Source: a virus (taxonomy: Duplodnaviria > Caudoviricetes). From it: a stretch of DNA of 54,748 bases. The stretch's first letter is position 1. Every line of letters starts with the position of its first letter. Both the position numbers and the translations under genes were made by a program. Shown in pieces: positions 18,501 to 28,537 of the stretch. The notes under the pieces are model-generated. The model searched no databases and was not told where the DNA came from. It saw only the letters and a program-made list of their open reading frames with translations. The stretch lies in IMG/VR virus record IMGVR_UViG_3300044798_000072, positions 1-54,748 of that record, one strand, 5' to 3'.

Positions 18501-20438
18501 TGGCGGTTTGGCTGCTGCTATCTGCTTTAGCGGAGTTGCCGCACCCATCTTTGCGCCAAGTTCGCCTTGTGGTAATTCAATTCCCTGCTGATTGGCAAAC
18601 GCTTTTATCTTTTCAGCATACGATTTGAACGCTTCGATTTTATCGCCTTGAGAACTTGAATTTCGAGTCGTGTGTTTGTCTAATTCACGAGCAACGTCGC
18701 TCCATGTCCCGCCATTCTCTTTCAACTTTCTCAAGGCAACGACGGCATGAAGTAGTTTGTCGCCAAAATCAGTCGGGGCGGATTCGCGGGAAAGGTTTTG
18801 AACAACGTTTCTGGCCAGTTCTGACTTGTCGGTTTCATACGTCAGTTCTTCGGGGTCATATTGCCTGTCCCACTGATACATTTCCGAACCCTCTCCGGTT
18901 GAAAAAGCGTCCAGTTTCTCCCTGTTTTCTGGGGATAATTTATCTTCCAACTTTGAAACATCAAGATTGCTTCGTCCATCAGACGCTCTAAACATTTTCT
19001 GAGCTTCCTTGTCTGAAAATCCAAGTGATTTGTAAAATGAAATTTCCGAATCTCTGTAATCGTTCCTGTATTTTATGACATCTTCCAAAGAATTGAATTT
19101 CTCCGGCATCGGTGGTGGATTAAAACCAGACGGCTTTCCACTCGCCGCTGTTGGCGTAGCGACCGATTCAGCGATCGGAGCGTTTTTGGACTCACCTGAG
19201 GGTTGAGGAATTGCTTTTCCCCTGAAATCTTCCGCAACCGATTTTGCGCGACCTAGTATTTGTTCGGGTGTGGCGTCAATCGGAAGATTGAAGGTTGCGC
19301 CATACGCCGGGTCAGATTTTGGAACGTCAGTAAAGGTGAAAGACAATAAGGGTTTGACTCCGGGATATTCATGTGTCCCATCAAACGAAAACCCCATGTC
19401 TTTGCCAATGGTTGAATAATCTACTGGCTTTACTTCTTGTGGCGCTTTTTCTCCCGCGACCACGGGTTCGGGTTTGACGGGTGGCGTTTGTTCCAAGTCA
19501 TCGCGGCCAACTTCTTCGCCAATTCCGCCGACTTCCCCTGTCGCTCGTAACTGTCCCTGATTTTCTCGTATTCTTTCGGCATTTTGAGCCTCACTTTCTG
19601 GTGTTGGTGGTTGTGCGCCTTTCGGCAATGGATATAAACTTGCTCCGGTTAAAATTGGCGCTGCGGCTGGAATTTGTTCAAGTGCGTCTCTGCCCGTCAT
19701 CGGTGCTGGCGCTTCCCGCGATGCAGGCGGTGCAACTGTTTCTAAATCTGACAATTTTCCAAAATAATCCTTGAGACTTTTGACTTCTCCGCCGCCAACG
19801 CCCAAGGCTCCTTCAAAGTTTGCCGTCGCTCCAATGATGTTGTCTCGAAGCCGCTGCGTGTCGCCTTTTTTGAAGGCATCCACGGCGTCAACGATATTCA
19901 GATAACCGCCCTTCACCATGTCGGAAATCCACTTCGCCGCCATTGGCAATTTAAGAATCGGAACACCGTAAGTAGCCATTTGTTCAGCGCCTTGAGGCGA
20001 CGTGACAAATGAAGCCAACCCCATAACCGTCTTGTCAATCGCGCTGGCGGTTTCCGTGACAACTGGGGGAAGTCCGGTGTCCCTCGTCAGTTCCGCACCT
20101 GACGGAACTTCAATTGACGACAATGGAGATGGCGGTAATGGATGGTCTGGATTTTTACCAATCGAAGCCTTTGCGAAGTCAACAACACTTTGACCTAATT
20201 TGCGCGCGGTTTCAGGGATTTCACCAATGGTCTTGAATGGCTGTTGCTGGCCTAATTCGTCAGCGGCCATTTTCAGGCGGTCGCCAATCGTAGGAGTCCA
20301 CTCACTTAATGATTGTGATGCAGGCTGCGAAGCCTCAGATGGGGCGGCGGGTTCTTCAACCGGCGTTGTCTCATCCCATGAAGGAGTGATTTCAGTCGTT
20401 TCATCCCACGTTGGAGTAGTTGTGGCCACATTATTCAA
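15516..20438 (-). CDS. Large internal virion/DNA ejection protein
   Basis: 1640 aa, Ala/Lys-rich helical, last of four ejection-like genes after the tail genes. Confidence 0.65.
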   Translation of the reverse strand: MNNVATTTPTWDETTEITPSWDETTPVEEPAAPSEASQPASQSLSEWTPTIGDRLKMAADELGQQQPFKTIGEIPETARKLGQSVVDFAKASIGKNPDHPLPPSPLSSIEVPSGAELTRDTGLPPVVTETASAIDKTVMGLASFVTSPQGAEQMATYGVPILKLPMAAKWISDMVKGGYLNIVDAVDAFKKGDTQRLRDNIIGATANFEGALGVGGGEVKSLKDYFGKLSDLETVAPPASREAPAPMTGRDALEQIPAAAPILTGASLYPLPKGAQPPTPESEAQNAERIRENQGQLRATGEVGGIGEEVGRDDLEQTPPVKPEPVVAGEKAPQEVKPVDYSTIGKDMGFSFDGTHEYPGVKPLLSFTFTDVPKSDPAYGATFNLPIDATPEQILGRAKSVAEDFRGKAIPQPSGESKNAPIAESVATPTAASGKPSGFNPPPMPEKFNSLEDVIKYRNDYRDSEISFYKSLGFSDKEAQKMFRASDGRSNLDVSKLEDKLSPENREKLDAFSTGEGSEMYQWDRQYDPEELTYETDKSELARNVVQNLSRESAPTDFGDKLLHAVVALRKLKENGGTWSDVARELDKHTTRNSSSQGDKIEAFKSYAEKIKAFANQQGIELPQGELGAKMGAATPLKQIAAAKPPAPEQVLPLKPFTERPELNSPEFFYTAAEQARYAELLKQHDDLVQQQAGASKKDAVKLAKGIDKASTEMTNIAAAPGNRWAQAKWDKQDVAKPAQVESAKAETTGEMSGPGSPSGKQGPDTGPGWVEGSGGDVYGIAQRVREARTKAGQSALPANGQGVSAEAAVEWGRDLKRNGADPEKAMQGFEKTKATSFDLIALARAHGEDLAQSARQVESTFGTDSTAYRTAQKALSDWDARSKAIQTEWHKQGMAQQGETDLDTGSFTGISRAFKDVTGEDLPKYLEPKAKGIAKGVSDADKAVEPAKVSLQAAIDNLTETGKPRYSDTIIKIAEKIVSSLDKRADAARARIRARAFTFSANIDPTVLRDVAEIGASHIAHWGLDFAKWSKVMVDEFGDKINPHLKTIFDASQKLVDAEGDRHGSNAESVKKAVKKTGGTKAPTDLVEQQKLFQDYESGKPMTPIQVKTLWTRAKSEYIDKGGTDKGDTVHKLAEDLGIDAKDVLKGLSQTKQVKRIADDVWQKQRQARLLKQAAKRWIEHSQETWLQKALPATAKTMFSMKVGGHGLVAMGTHASLVAATHPIVFGDNFGKMYRLVASPEYFEMQKSSLARRPNHTIAQRNGLVNDMNKMEDFNDPQLAQGFPKMAAWFKAQLDRVHLGKLVGMGTRGYSVLKILRQDLFDHEWDKLSESQKSDSMAKAIADSVNHMTGVTKAGAGQLGRAASYALFAPKLEASRVAVMVSDPLRAANSLVKMDSMTDAEKWFAKNQFKEKAKIAAVGFGLLLANQQLNTLFGDKKKLNGVPAFLGGGGWNPMESDFMKFRVAGMNFAWGSPFLTMARLPLRLYQIGAGSGGKTKYLIYPDESMYKTAGSYLRTQASPFLSPIISVITKGDYQDRPLPQIPGYGPPPPVPKRLAKQGVKPYTWPEFLSDIILPIPVEQGMNDIWHSHELSTKPEQDHALTKAFITGIIMAGTGGRLSDDWNKEQATAPPIKPASIFSE

Positions 20439-21435
20439 CGTATCTTAGGAATTCTTTCGTGTCGGCATCAAATACAGCTTGTCGGCCATCCTTTGTCAAC
20501 CGAATAACTTCGTTGGCTTTGGCGGTCGGTTCAACCGACTCGCTTTCGGCTGCTGCTGGCGTCGTAAAACCAACACCACGGCCATAACGCGCCTGCCACG
20601 CCGCATCTGCTTCTGTTCTGCCCCCGGCGTAATTGGTCAAATCAGGCTTTCCCTGTTCGCCTGAGATAAAGAATTTTCCTCTGTTTTGTGGATAATATGA
20701 TGCTCCCTGTCCCATTGCATTCTGCATTGCATCTCTGGCGGGCATAATTGCATTGGCGTATGGAGCAATTATGGGAACGTCCGCTTCTGTAGATTCGTTG
20801 GTTGCCGTCGAAGGCTCGGCGGGCGGGACAAAGGATGTTCCGGTGCGGCTGAATGGTGTTTGGACTTCGGGCGTAACAGTGGATTGTGCGCTTGAAGAAA
20901 CGTCTCCACGAACGGCTTCTTGATATTTTGCATTCCAGTCTTGCCACTGTCTGTCTGATTCATTCTTTTGTTTTTCCCAATTCGCACGCATAACCGCGTA
21001 ATCCGGGTCGCTTGGTTTCAAGTGCAGAATCGCTTTTTGTGCTGCTGTTGACATGGCTTGCGCTTTCACCATTTGAGAATGCAAAGCAGTTAGGTCGCGT
21101 CTTTCCGTCTTGGATATTTCCGGCATTGAAGCCAGTACCGTCCATTTTTGGAGCAGGGGCGCAAACCGCTTTGTGACCGTCACACCAGTTGGCTCGTCGC
21201 GGGTTAAATCTTTAATGGCGCTTCCGGTTGCCGAATCAAAATCATCGGAGATTTGTTTGAACATTCCCGGCTTCAAGAACTTTTCGGGGTATGTCTCAAT
21301 TATTTTCCGTTTTGCCAGTGCCGGTTTAAGATACAATTCAAGCGAATCAGACTCGTCATAACCCGACGCATCATAACGCGACATGGCCTTGTTCCAGTCC
21401 GCGTCAAACATTGAACTTAAATCTTGGGTGTCCAT
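20431..21435 (-). CDS. Putative ejection protein
   Basis: 334 aa, position in tail-ejection block. Confidence 0.5.
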   Translation of the reverse strand: MDTQDLSSMFDADWNKAMSRYDASGYDESDSLELYLKPALAKRKIIETYPEKFLKPGMFKQISDDFDSATGSAIKDLTRDEPTGVTVTKRFAPLLQKWTVLASMPEISKTERRDLTALHSQMVKAQAMSTAAQKAILHLKPSDPDYAVMRANWEKQKNESDRQWQDWNAKYQEAVRGDVSSSAQSTVTPEVQTPFSRTGTSFVPPAEPSTATNESTEADVPIIAPYANAIMPARDAMQNAMGQGASYYPQNRGKFFISGEQGKPDLTNYAGGRTEADAAWQARYGRGVGFTTPAAAESESVEPTAKANEVIRLTKDGRQAVFDADTKEFLRYVE

Positions 21436-21436
21436 A

Positions 21437-22018
21437 TCAATACATCGGCGACCATTTTCCCGTGTTCACATAAGACTTAGGGGTTTCACTGGAAGTTTTG
21501 CTGGGAGTTGGCGCTTCCATAGTCAACAAATTAACCGGCCCCGCATTTCCAGCCGGGGTTGTTTGGTAAAACATGGACTTGTCAGAAATGTCACTGTATT
21601 GAGGGTGGGCGGATTTCCATTGCGTGAAGGCGATTCGGTTTAGATAGTCTTTAACGTAGGCATCTGCTGACGAACTGTCTCCCAAGCTGCTCAATAATTG
21701 CAAATAGCCTGGGCTGCTCTGCAATGTCTGTTGCTGTTGTGAATACTTTTGGCCTTGTTCGGATTGTGTCTGCTGTTCTTGCGCCAATTTATTCGCGGCC
21801 AATCTCGCGGCAGTTTGTTCGCCCAATGATTGACCGAACTCGCTCCCTTGCTGGCTCAATTGGGCCTGTTGATATGCCATTTGCTGTGCATATTCATTGG
21901 CTTGTTGCTGCAACTCTTGTTGTGAAAATCCAAGTCCCTGTTGCCATTGGCTCGCTTGTGTGGTTTGCTGGTTTCCAAGCAACCCTTGCAAGTATTGAAG
22001 CATGTCATTGTAATTCAT
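21437..22018 (-). CDS. Gln-rich putative ejection protein
   Basis: Q-rich coiled coil. Confidence 0.55.
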   Translation of the reverse strand: MNYNDMLQYLQGLLGNQQTTQASQWQQGLGFSQQELQQQANEYAQQMAYQQAQLSQQGSEFGQSLGEQTAARLAANKLAQEQQTQSEQGQKYSQQQQTLQSSPGYLQLLSSLGDSSSADAYVKDYLNRIAFTQWKSAHPQYSDISDKSMFYQTTPAGNAGPVNLLTMEAPTPSKTSSETPKSYVNTGKWSPMY

Positions 22019-22033
22019 AAATGTTTCTCCATT

Positions 22034-22552
22034 TCACGATTGCCCGCCTGAGTATGTTGGAATCTGCGTCTGGTTGCTGCTGGTAATCTTTTCGCCCAAA
22101 CTAAGAGCTTGCAACATCGCCTGGAACTGTTGGAGTTGTAAATTCTGACCAAATTCAGAACTTTGTTCGCCCAACTGTTGTCCGAATTGGGTGTTTTGCA
22201 GCGATTGACCGGCAGTAGGAACAACCGTGCCGGAGTATCCGCCTATGGTGGAAAGCAAATCCTGCAATCCGGTTTGCTGGCGTTGTTGCGCCTGTTGGCC
22301 ATAAAGGTCGTAACCCCGATTGCGGAGAAAGTCACTGGTTGACCCCACCCCGGAACCCGCCCCGAAATAGGCGTTGGAAGTCCGGGCCGCGCTTGCCGAT
22401 GGCAACCCGGAAAGAAGATTGCTAATAACGCTGGTGGCCTGCCCGCCCAACTTGTCGAATCCCGGCAAGACCTGATTCAGATATGCCGATGTGTCACCCG
22501 GCAATGCAGTTGAAGTCGTTTGGCTCGACCCACCGTAAGATGCTCCTGCCAT
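22034..22552 (-). CDS. Gly/Gln-rich putative ejection/pilot protein
   Basis: GGSSQTTST N-terminus, Q-rich. Confidence 0.55.
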   Translation of the reverse strand: MAGASYGGSSQTTSTALPGDTSAYLNQVLPGFDKLGGQATSVISNLLSGLPSASAARTSNAYFGAGSGVGSTSDFLRNRGYDLYGQQAQQRQQTGLQDLLSTIGGYSGTVVPTAGQSLQNTQFGQQLGEQSSEFGQNLQLQQFQAMLQALSLGEKITSSNQTQIPTYSGGQS

Positions 22553-22556
22553 AAAA

Positions 22557-23552
22557 TCAGTATAAACTCCTTATTCTTCGTCCCGACATTGCTACAACCT
22601 GAATGGGCGTAGTCTGGTCGGGAAATTTGTCTCGGTCACGGAAATTCAATTCCCGGATGGCCTTCAAAATAAAAGCCTCGGCAGTCGGGTTATCCTGCGC
22701 CTGTTCCGCTTTGATGGCCTGAATCATAAACGCCAATGCGTCGAAGTCGTCTATCAAAAGAAAATCTCGGTCATTGACCAGTGGAATAAATTCGAGCTTT
22801 ATCAGCGCCTCAATCCTGCGCCAGCAAATCCCATTGGCGTCCGGTCTGCCGTGCGGTGCGTTGTGGATGCAGGAACGGCGATAACGCGGATTGGTTTCAT
22901 TTGGCTGGTATTGCGCCAAGTCAACCACATCAGTTGTTGTCGGGTCATACGAATACAAATAAGCCATCCCGCTTGTTGCTTCGCGGGTAACAGAATCAAT
23001 CTGTGTGACGAGCGTTGCATCCGTTCCGTATGGACTGGCGGCGGTGATGGTCAGTCCGTCAATCCATTGGCCGGTAACTGGGTTTTGTTCTTGTAACGGT
23101 TGCCCGCCGTATTTCTTGCCGTAGATGGTTATTTTCTTTCCGATGTCAGCGAGTTTGACGACATTGTAGCGTATCTGTTTCCCGGTCGTGCCGGTGATGT
23201 CATTGTAACAGGGCGCGGTTCCGGCGTCTTCCAGAACAACATCGGAACGCCATTCAGAATGAACGTGATGCGCCCCCGTGAACCGATACCAGTTATTGAA
23301 AACGTGTCCGGGTTTGTCGTGCTGGAAGCGAACGCCTTCGATTGTGCCGGCCCAATTCGGCCATGTGATTTCGCAACCACGGGTGCAAAATTCAACCACC
23401 TGAGTCGTGCCATACCAGTCACCACGTTTCAGCAACCGGCGAATCGCCGTGTTGACCAACGCAATGAACGCAGCCGAATTCGGACAATTACTTGAGATGT
23501 TCTTGATTGTCTCGTCGTTCTTGGCGTCTGCTAATTGTAGCGTGAAAGGCAT
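22557..23552 (-). CDS. Putative head-tail adaptor/tail tubular protein
   Basis: Helical termini (LVNTAIRRLL) flanking beta-rich core; adjacent to nozzle-like gene. Confidence 0.5.
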   Translation of the reverse strand: MPFTLQLADAKNDETIKNISSNCPNSAAFIALVNTAIRRLLKRGDWYGTTQVVEFCTRGCEITWPNWAGTIEGVRFQHDKPGHVFNNWYRFTGAHHVHSEWRSDVVLEDAGTAPCYNDITGTTGKQIRYNVVKLADIGKKITIYGKKYGGQPLQEQNPVTGQWIDGLTITAASPYGTDATLVTQIDSVTREATSGMAYLYSYDPTTTDVVDLAQYQPNETNPRYRRSCIHNAPHGRPDANGICWRRIEALIKLEFIPLVNDRDFLLIDDFDALAFMIQAIKAEQAQDNPTAEAFILKAIRELNFRDRDKFPDQTTPIQVVAMSGRRIRSLY

Positions 23553-23588
23553 TGCTTTATCGTTAATCCTGTTTCTAGTTCATGTCAA

Positions 23589-26102
23589 CTATGGCGCGGC
23601 GCAAATTGGCCTTGCAAATGGCGCTTCCGGTTCGCTGGTTGCCTGCACTCGCATTCCCATGAACTTTATTGTTCCGGTTACGATTACGCGCAACTGGAAG
23701 AAATAACCAACGCGCATCTGACGTTCGCCCTGAACTTCGCAATCGTCGGATGAAGGCTCGCCCAAACCCATGCGCGGCTTCCATGTCGTCGGGTCAACGG
23801 TGAATTTCCGCCACGTCGTCCAGATGGGATTAAAGTCGGGCCGGTATTGAACTTCGATGTCAACCGTGCCGGAAATATCCTTTGTGTAAATTTCGCCGTC
23901 GGCCAGTTTCGCCAGTTCGTTCAACGGTTTGATGTCCTTGTTGAAAATAACCGGGGTGTCAAAGTTCCAAGAAATTCTATCCGTTCCATTGTCCAATGTT
24001 TGAGGGTCGGCTGAGTATAAATACTCCACCAACTCAATCAGGTTGGTGGTTTTATTTCTAGTGAAAGCAAAGGCGCGGCGGGTTCCGTTGACCTTCCCGC
24101 AAACAACCTGCAATATATTTAAATCCGTCCATGCGCCCTCATAAACCGCTGGCAGTTTTGTTCTCAGATTGCTGACTGTATCGAAACTCATTGCCACCAA
24201 CCCGGAATGAACGACGCCGCTTGCAGTTTGGGCCGGGTCATAGACGTGCAAATCCCGGTTGTCGAAGGGAATTGCGCTGCCAACCGATAAAAGAGTCTGG
24301 TCATCGTCATCAAAGATGTAACTAACTTCCCGGCTGATGGGAGTATTCCCCCCGCCAACGCTTCCGCTGGAAACAAAATCTCGCCGCGCCTGAATCAGCG
24401 AACCAAGCCCGTCATATTCTCTGAATATAATGTCGCTATTGTCAATAATGGTTGAGTCCTGTCCAAGCGGCCCCTTTCCGACCAAAGACGCCGGAAGAAT
24501 CAGTTGAACCGCTGTCCAGGTTGAACGGTCGGCGGGAAGATTGACCGAAAACATGGAATTGGCTGTCCCAATTTGCAGCGGGCCTTGACCCAAAGAATTG
24601 TCCAGCACGGCGGGAAATATCATAGCCGTGATGATGTCGCCCGAAGTTGGAAGCCGGAATGTTCCGCTGCCCGGCAAGAAGGTTTGTTCAGTGGTTTTTA
24701 GAACACTGTCCCGATAATCATTTGCCACAGTCCCCGCCCCGCCACCAACAATATCGCCCGCCCCAAAAGTTATTCCGTCAATTCCAGAATACCAGACCCG
24801 GCCTTGTCCGTATGCGCCCATGCGACCGGCAGGCAATTCAGGCACAGACAGAATATCCCCGGCGTGTGAACCTGTCGGCATGGCCGCGCCAGCATCTGCT
24901 GTGTCAGTAAGATTTTGCAAGTAAAGTGTCGTGCTTCCGCCCGAAGGCGCAACTGACGCGACAAGGGTGTATCGGTCTGTTCCTATAAACGCCGTTTGAT
25001 TGTTTGTGTTGGTATAAATCCGGTCAATCGTGACTGTCACAGTGCTTCCCACCGCCGGCACGGTGAAAACAGCGGTTGTATTACCGATAATAAAGTTAAT
25101 TCCGCCACCGGTGGCTTGAATTGAAGAACCGGCAATAACTGTTACGCCATAAACACCATAAGTAAGCGGCTTGATGTCAATGGTTGGAGGCGTAGTATTC
25201 GTGTATATTCCAAGCACCTTGAAATTATCCGAGCCAACCGTGTAAGCGCCCATCCCGACATAAACATGACAACCATCAATCGTAATAACATCATTTATAG
25301 ACAAACCACCCACGGCAGTAACTTCCACTCCGTTGATTGCTTGAAAGTTCGGACCACCCGCCTTGGTGGTGACAATGCTGCCAATCACACTCGGATTTAC
25401 GATGATTTGTGAACCTATTGGCATAACCGCTCCCGGTGTTCCGGTTACGTTGGTTAAAATGACAGTGTTGCCACCACCTATACTTTGAATCGTCTCGTAA
25501 AACTCACTGTTAAATATAACCGGCACATTAAATGGCCCGATGTAGTTAGAAACCAGGGTTACAGTTATGACTTCGCCGATAACTCTTGTGGCGGGAAAAA
25601 GGGCCGCACTGGTATTCACTCCAAGAGGAACCGAATCGCCATAAGACCGGCGCGAAGTTGTTCCATCGTAAAAGATAGGCAATGCTCCGCTGCCATCATT
25701 CACAATCAGCCACTTTTCCGCCTGCAACATCCATGCCTTTGCAACCGTCGCGCTGTTCAAATCGCCAACCACACTGATGTCGGCCACGGTGAAACTGCCG
25801 CCTATTTCAGTGAATGAAAACAAATGCCCTGAAATCTGTGCAATCAATTGTTCCGTTCCGTAATCTGGCCGGTAATATCCCCCGCCCTGAAACAGACCGC
25901 CCTCAACCGTTGCTTGGTCGGTTGGACTGGCGAAAATAAAGTTGCGCTTCATCTTCGGCGGGCGATGGGAAATATAAGCGCCTCGGACGGTCGCGTTTTC
26001 GGCGCGAGCTAGCTGGTTTTTCGGAAGCAGTAAAGGTTCTATCCCGCCGTTGACTCCGGCATCAAACGCGGCAAGAAAGTCGAGATAGGTTTTCGCGGCC
26101 AC
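23589..26102 (-). CDS. Putative tail nozzle/stabilisation protein
   Basis: 837 aa beta-rich; FDAGVN..., NTPISREV, GYFFQLRV motifs like podovirus nozzle proteins. Confidence 0.6.
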   Translation of the reverse strand: MAAKTYLDFLAAFDAGVNGGIEPLLLPKNQLARAENATVRGAYISHRPPKMKRNFIFASPTDQATVEGGLFQGGGYYRPDYGTEQLIAQISGHLFSFTEIGGSFTVADISVVGDLNSATVAKAWMLQAEKWLIVNDGSGALPIFYDGTTSRRSYGDSVPLGVNTSAALFPATRVIGEVITVTLVSNYIGPFNVPVIFNSEFYETIQSIGGGNTVILTNVTGTPGAVMPIGSQIIVNPSVIGSIVTTKAGGPNFQAINGVEVTAVGGLSINDVITIDGCHVYVGMGAYTVGSDNFKVLGIYTNTTPPTIDIKPLTYGVYGVTVIAGSSIQATGGGINFIIGNTTAVFTVPAVGSTVTVTIDRIYTNTNNQTAFIGTDRYTLVASVAPSGGSTTLYLQNLTDTADAGAAMPTGSHAGDILSVPELPAGRMGAYGQGRVWYSGIDGITFGAGDIVGGGAGTVANDYRDSVLKTTEQTFLPGSGTFRLPTSGDIITAMIFPAVLDNSLGQGPLQIGTANSMFSVNLPADRSTWTAVQLILPASLVGKGPLGQDSTIIDNSDIIFREYDGLGSLIQARRDFVSSGSVGGGNTPISREVSYIFDDDDQTLLSVGSAIPFDNRDLHVYDPAQTASGVVHSGLVAMSFDTVSNLRTKLPAVYEGAWTDLNILQVVCGKVNGTRRAFAFTRNKTTNLIELVEYLYSADPQTLDNGTDRISWNFDTPVIFNKDIKPLNELAKLADGEIYTKDISGTVDIEVQYRPDFNPIWTTWRKFTVDPTTWKPRMGLGEPSSDDCEVQGERQMRVGYFFQLRVIVTGTIKFMGMRVQATSEPEAPFARPICAAP

Positions 26103-26112
26103 ACGTTTTGCC

Positions 26113-26664
26113 TTACGGATAAGTCCAGTTCGTGCAAATAATTCCGTTAGTGATCGCCAGATAATTTGTCATCAAGGTCGAGCGTGCGGTGGCAATGCCG
26201 GTGAATTTCATTCCCGACAATGCCGAAGGCGCAACATTCGATGCCAAGCCTGTTCCATTTCCATTCACCAGATTTGTCAACCCGACATTGGCCGGTTGCT
26301 TGGTGGTGTCCACAGCAATTCTGGCATCGGCGTTAGTCGAAATAAGATTCATCGAGTCGGCGGGAGTATTGGTTGTCAACGGCCCGCGCAGAATCGGCGG
26401 CAGGGCCATCGCCGACATGGTGAAAAAGAGAAAGGCGAACACCCCTATCAATTTCAGCCAGTTGGCGCTTCCGGCTGCCAGTGCAATCCAGAAACTTTGG
26501 GTGGCGGAATTGAGGTAGGTTTGTCCGGCATAAATTGCCACCTTTACGCCGGTCGGGTCAACCGCGTCAGGTGTAAGGACGGTTAAATCCTGTCCCGGAG
26601 CGCCGGGTATGGCGACTAGGGCGGGGTCAGGACAGGCACATCGGGATTGGCAGGCTTGGGACAT
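26113..26664 (-). CDS. Fibre-like protein with internal signal-peptide/TM segment
   Basis: IPGAPG, beta module, KLIGVFAFLFFTMSAMA, PLTTNTPA, GNGTGL. Confidence 0.65.
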   Translation of the reverse strand: MSQACQSRCACPDPALVAIPGAPGQDLTVLTPDAVDPTGVKVAIYAGQTYLNSATQSFWIALAAGSANWLKLIGVFAFLFFTMSAMALPPILRGPLTTNTPADSMNLISTNADARIAVDTTKQPANVGLTNLVNGNGTGLASNVAPSALSGMKFTGIATARSTLMTNYLAITNGIICTNWTYP

Positions 26665-26696
26665 AAATCGTTATCGTTAACTCACGTTTCAGATAT

Positions 26697-26722
26697 TTCG
26701 TTTGTTTTTCTGAAACTGTCAA
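26697..26722 (-). promoter_or_regulatory. Putative late-operon promoter TTGACA-N16-CGAA overlapped by inverted repeat gtttcaga...tctgaaac
   Basis: In the divergent gap between structural operon and terminase. Confidence 0.5.
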
Positions 26723-26739
26723 GTAAGTTCTTTGTCAGA

Positions 26740-28521
26740 ATGCCCAAAGCAAGAACTTGGCCGATGTTGGGGTGGGATTTCCCCCTGTCCATGAATGCGC
26801 TGGACGTTCATTTTTTCTTCATCAACAAAGGGGACGAATGGCTCAAGCATCAGGGCCGTTCCCTGTTCTATCATTTCCGCGAAGCCTTTTCTTTGCTCTG
26901 GCCGCAGGATAAACACAATCGCTGGTCGGACTTGATTCTGAAATCGTTTTGCGAGCATGAAGTGACGGTTTTGCTTGGCTCGGCGGATTCCGGCAAAACT
27001 TGGACGATGAGCAAAATTGCATTGGTGGATTACTGGTCGCAGCCGGACAAGACCTTGTGGCTCATTTCCACCACCGAGGGGCGGGGTTCGGAGCTTCGCA
27101 TTTGGGGCGCTACCAAAGACCTGTTCAATCAGGCAAAAACCCGCCACCCGAATCTGGCCGGGAAACCGCTGGATTATCTGAAAACCATAACCACGGATTC
27201 TCTGGATGACGAAAAAGAACTGGCTCGCTCACTCCGACGCGGACTGATTATCGTTCCCTGCAAGACGGGCGGCTTGTCCAGCGGACTTGCCCCGTTCATC
27301 GGCATCAAAGCCCCGCGCCTGCGCCATGCCGGGGATGAATTGGCGGTAATGACCGACAGTTTTCTCAACGCCTATTCAAACTGGTATGGCAAGAGTGATT
27401 TCAAGGGCATCATGTCGGGCAACTTCATGGAAACCGACGACCCGCTTGGCATCGCATCCGAGCCGGAGGATGGATGGGACTCGTTCCACGACACCGGCAA
27501 AACGCAGGAATGGACGGGCAAGTTTTACAACGCGCATGTTGTCGCTCTTGATGGGCGCGATTCTCCTAATTTCGATTTACCGCCAAACCAGTATGATTTT
27601 CTGATTGGAGAAAAGAAACTCAACGCCATCAAAAAAACCTACGGCACGGATTCATGGCAGTGGTGGTCGCAGTGTGTGGGCAAGCCGGTCAAGGGCATGG
27701 ACATCTGGCGCGTGCTCTCCAAAGACTTCGCCAAACAACATCATGCCGACGAGGATATTATCTGGTCGGGCAAACCGCTGACATCGCTCTACGCGCTCGA
27801 CCCGGCTTATGGCGGGGGCGACCGCTGTGTTGGACGCCGGCTTGATTTTGGCGAAGCAGTTGATAAGACCATTATTCTGCGGGTGGGTGAACCTGAAATC
27901 ATTCCCATTGCCCGGACTTCAAATCTTGAACCGGAAGAACAAATCGCCATCTTCGTCAAAAACCGGCTGGAACAACTCGGCATCCCGCCGCAAAACTGCT
28001 TTTACGATTCGTTCGGTCGCGGCACGCTCGGCTTCTCCTTTGCCAAACTGTTCGGCGCAACCTGTCCCGTGCCGGTTGATTCCGGTTCGCAACCCACCAC
28101 CCGCCCCGTCCGATTCGACCTCTACATTGAAGAACTGAACAATCGCAAGCGCCTCAAACGCTGCGACGAGCATTACATCAAGTTCATCACCGAGCTTTGG
28201 TTTTCCGTCCGCGAAACCATCCAAGCCGAACAACTCCGCAATTTAGACGCCGAAACCCTGCGCGAAGGCTGTTCCCGCAAGTTCACCCGCAAGAACGACA
28301 AGTTGGAAGTCGAGCCGAAAGACGACATGAAAACCCGGCTGGGCAAGTCTCCCGACCTTTTTGATAATCTGGCCATTGGCGTCGAAGGCGCTCGCCGTCT
28401 CGGTTTCAAAATCCAGCGCATCGGCGGTGACATCAAGAAATCCGACCAACCCGACTGGCTGGACAAACAGGTAAAAGGCTATCAGGAACTGCTCAAAGAC
28501 CGGCAGCTGGTGAACGCCTAA
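26740..28521 (+). CDS. terL: Terminase large subunit
   Basis: Walker A GSADSGKT, Walker B-like AGDE, nuclease LDPAYGGGD and KSPDLFD. Confidence 0.9.
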   Translation: MPKARTWPMLGWDFPLSMNALDVHFFFINKGDEWLKHQGRSLFYHFREAFSLLWPQDKHNRWSDLILKSFCEHEVTVLLGSADSGKTWTMSKIALVDYWSQPDKTLWLISTTEGRGSELRIWGATKDLFNQAKTRHPNLAGKPLDYLKTITTDSLDDEKELARSLRRGLIIVPCKTGGLSSGLAPFIGIKAPRLRHAGDELAVMTDSFLNAYSNWYGKSDFKGIMSGNFMETDDPLGIASEPEDGWDSFHDTGKTQEWTGKFYNAHVVALDGRDSPNFDLPPNQYDFLIGEKKLNAIKKTYGTDSWQWWSQCVGKPVKGMDIWRVLSKDFAKQHHADEDIIWSGKPLTSLYALDPAYGGGDRCVGRRLDFGEAVDKTIILRVGEPEIIPIARTSNLEPEEQIAIFVKNRLEQLGIPPQNCFYDSFGRGTLGFSFAKLFGATCPVPVDSGSQPTTRPVRFDLYIEELNNRKRLKRCDEHYIKFITELWFSVRETIQAEQLRNLDAETLREGCSRKFTRKNDKLEVEPKDDMKTRLGKSPDLFDNLAIGVEGARRLGFKIQRIGGDIKKSDQPDWLDKQVKGYQELLKDRQLVNA

Positions 28522-28537
28522 TTTCGTCAATAAAAAC

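Noticed and set aside
26647-26739. Extended N-terminus of terminase in the ORF track
   Set aside because: Overlaps the divergent gene and promoter; ATG 26740 is more plausible
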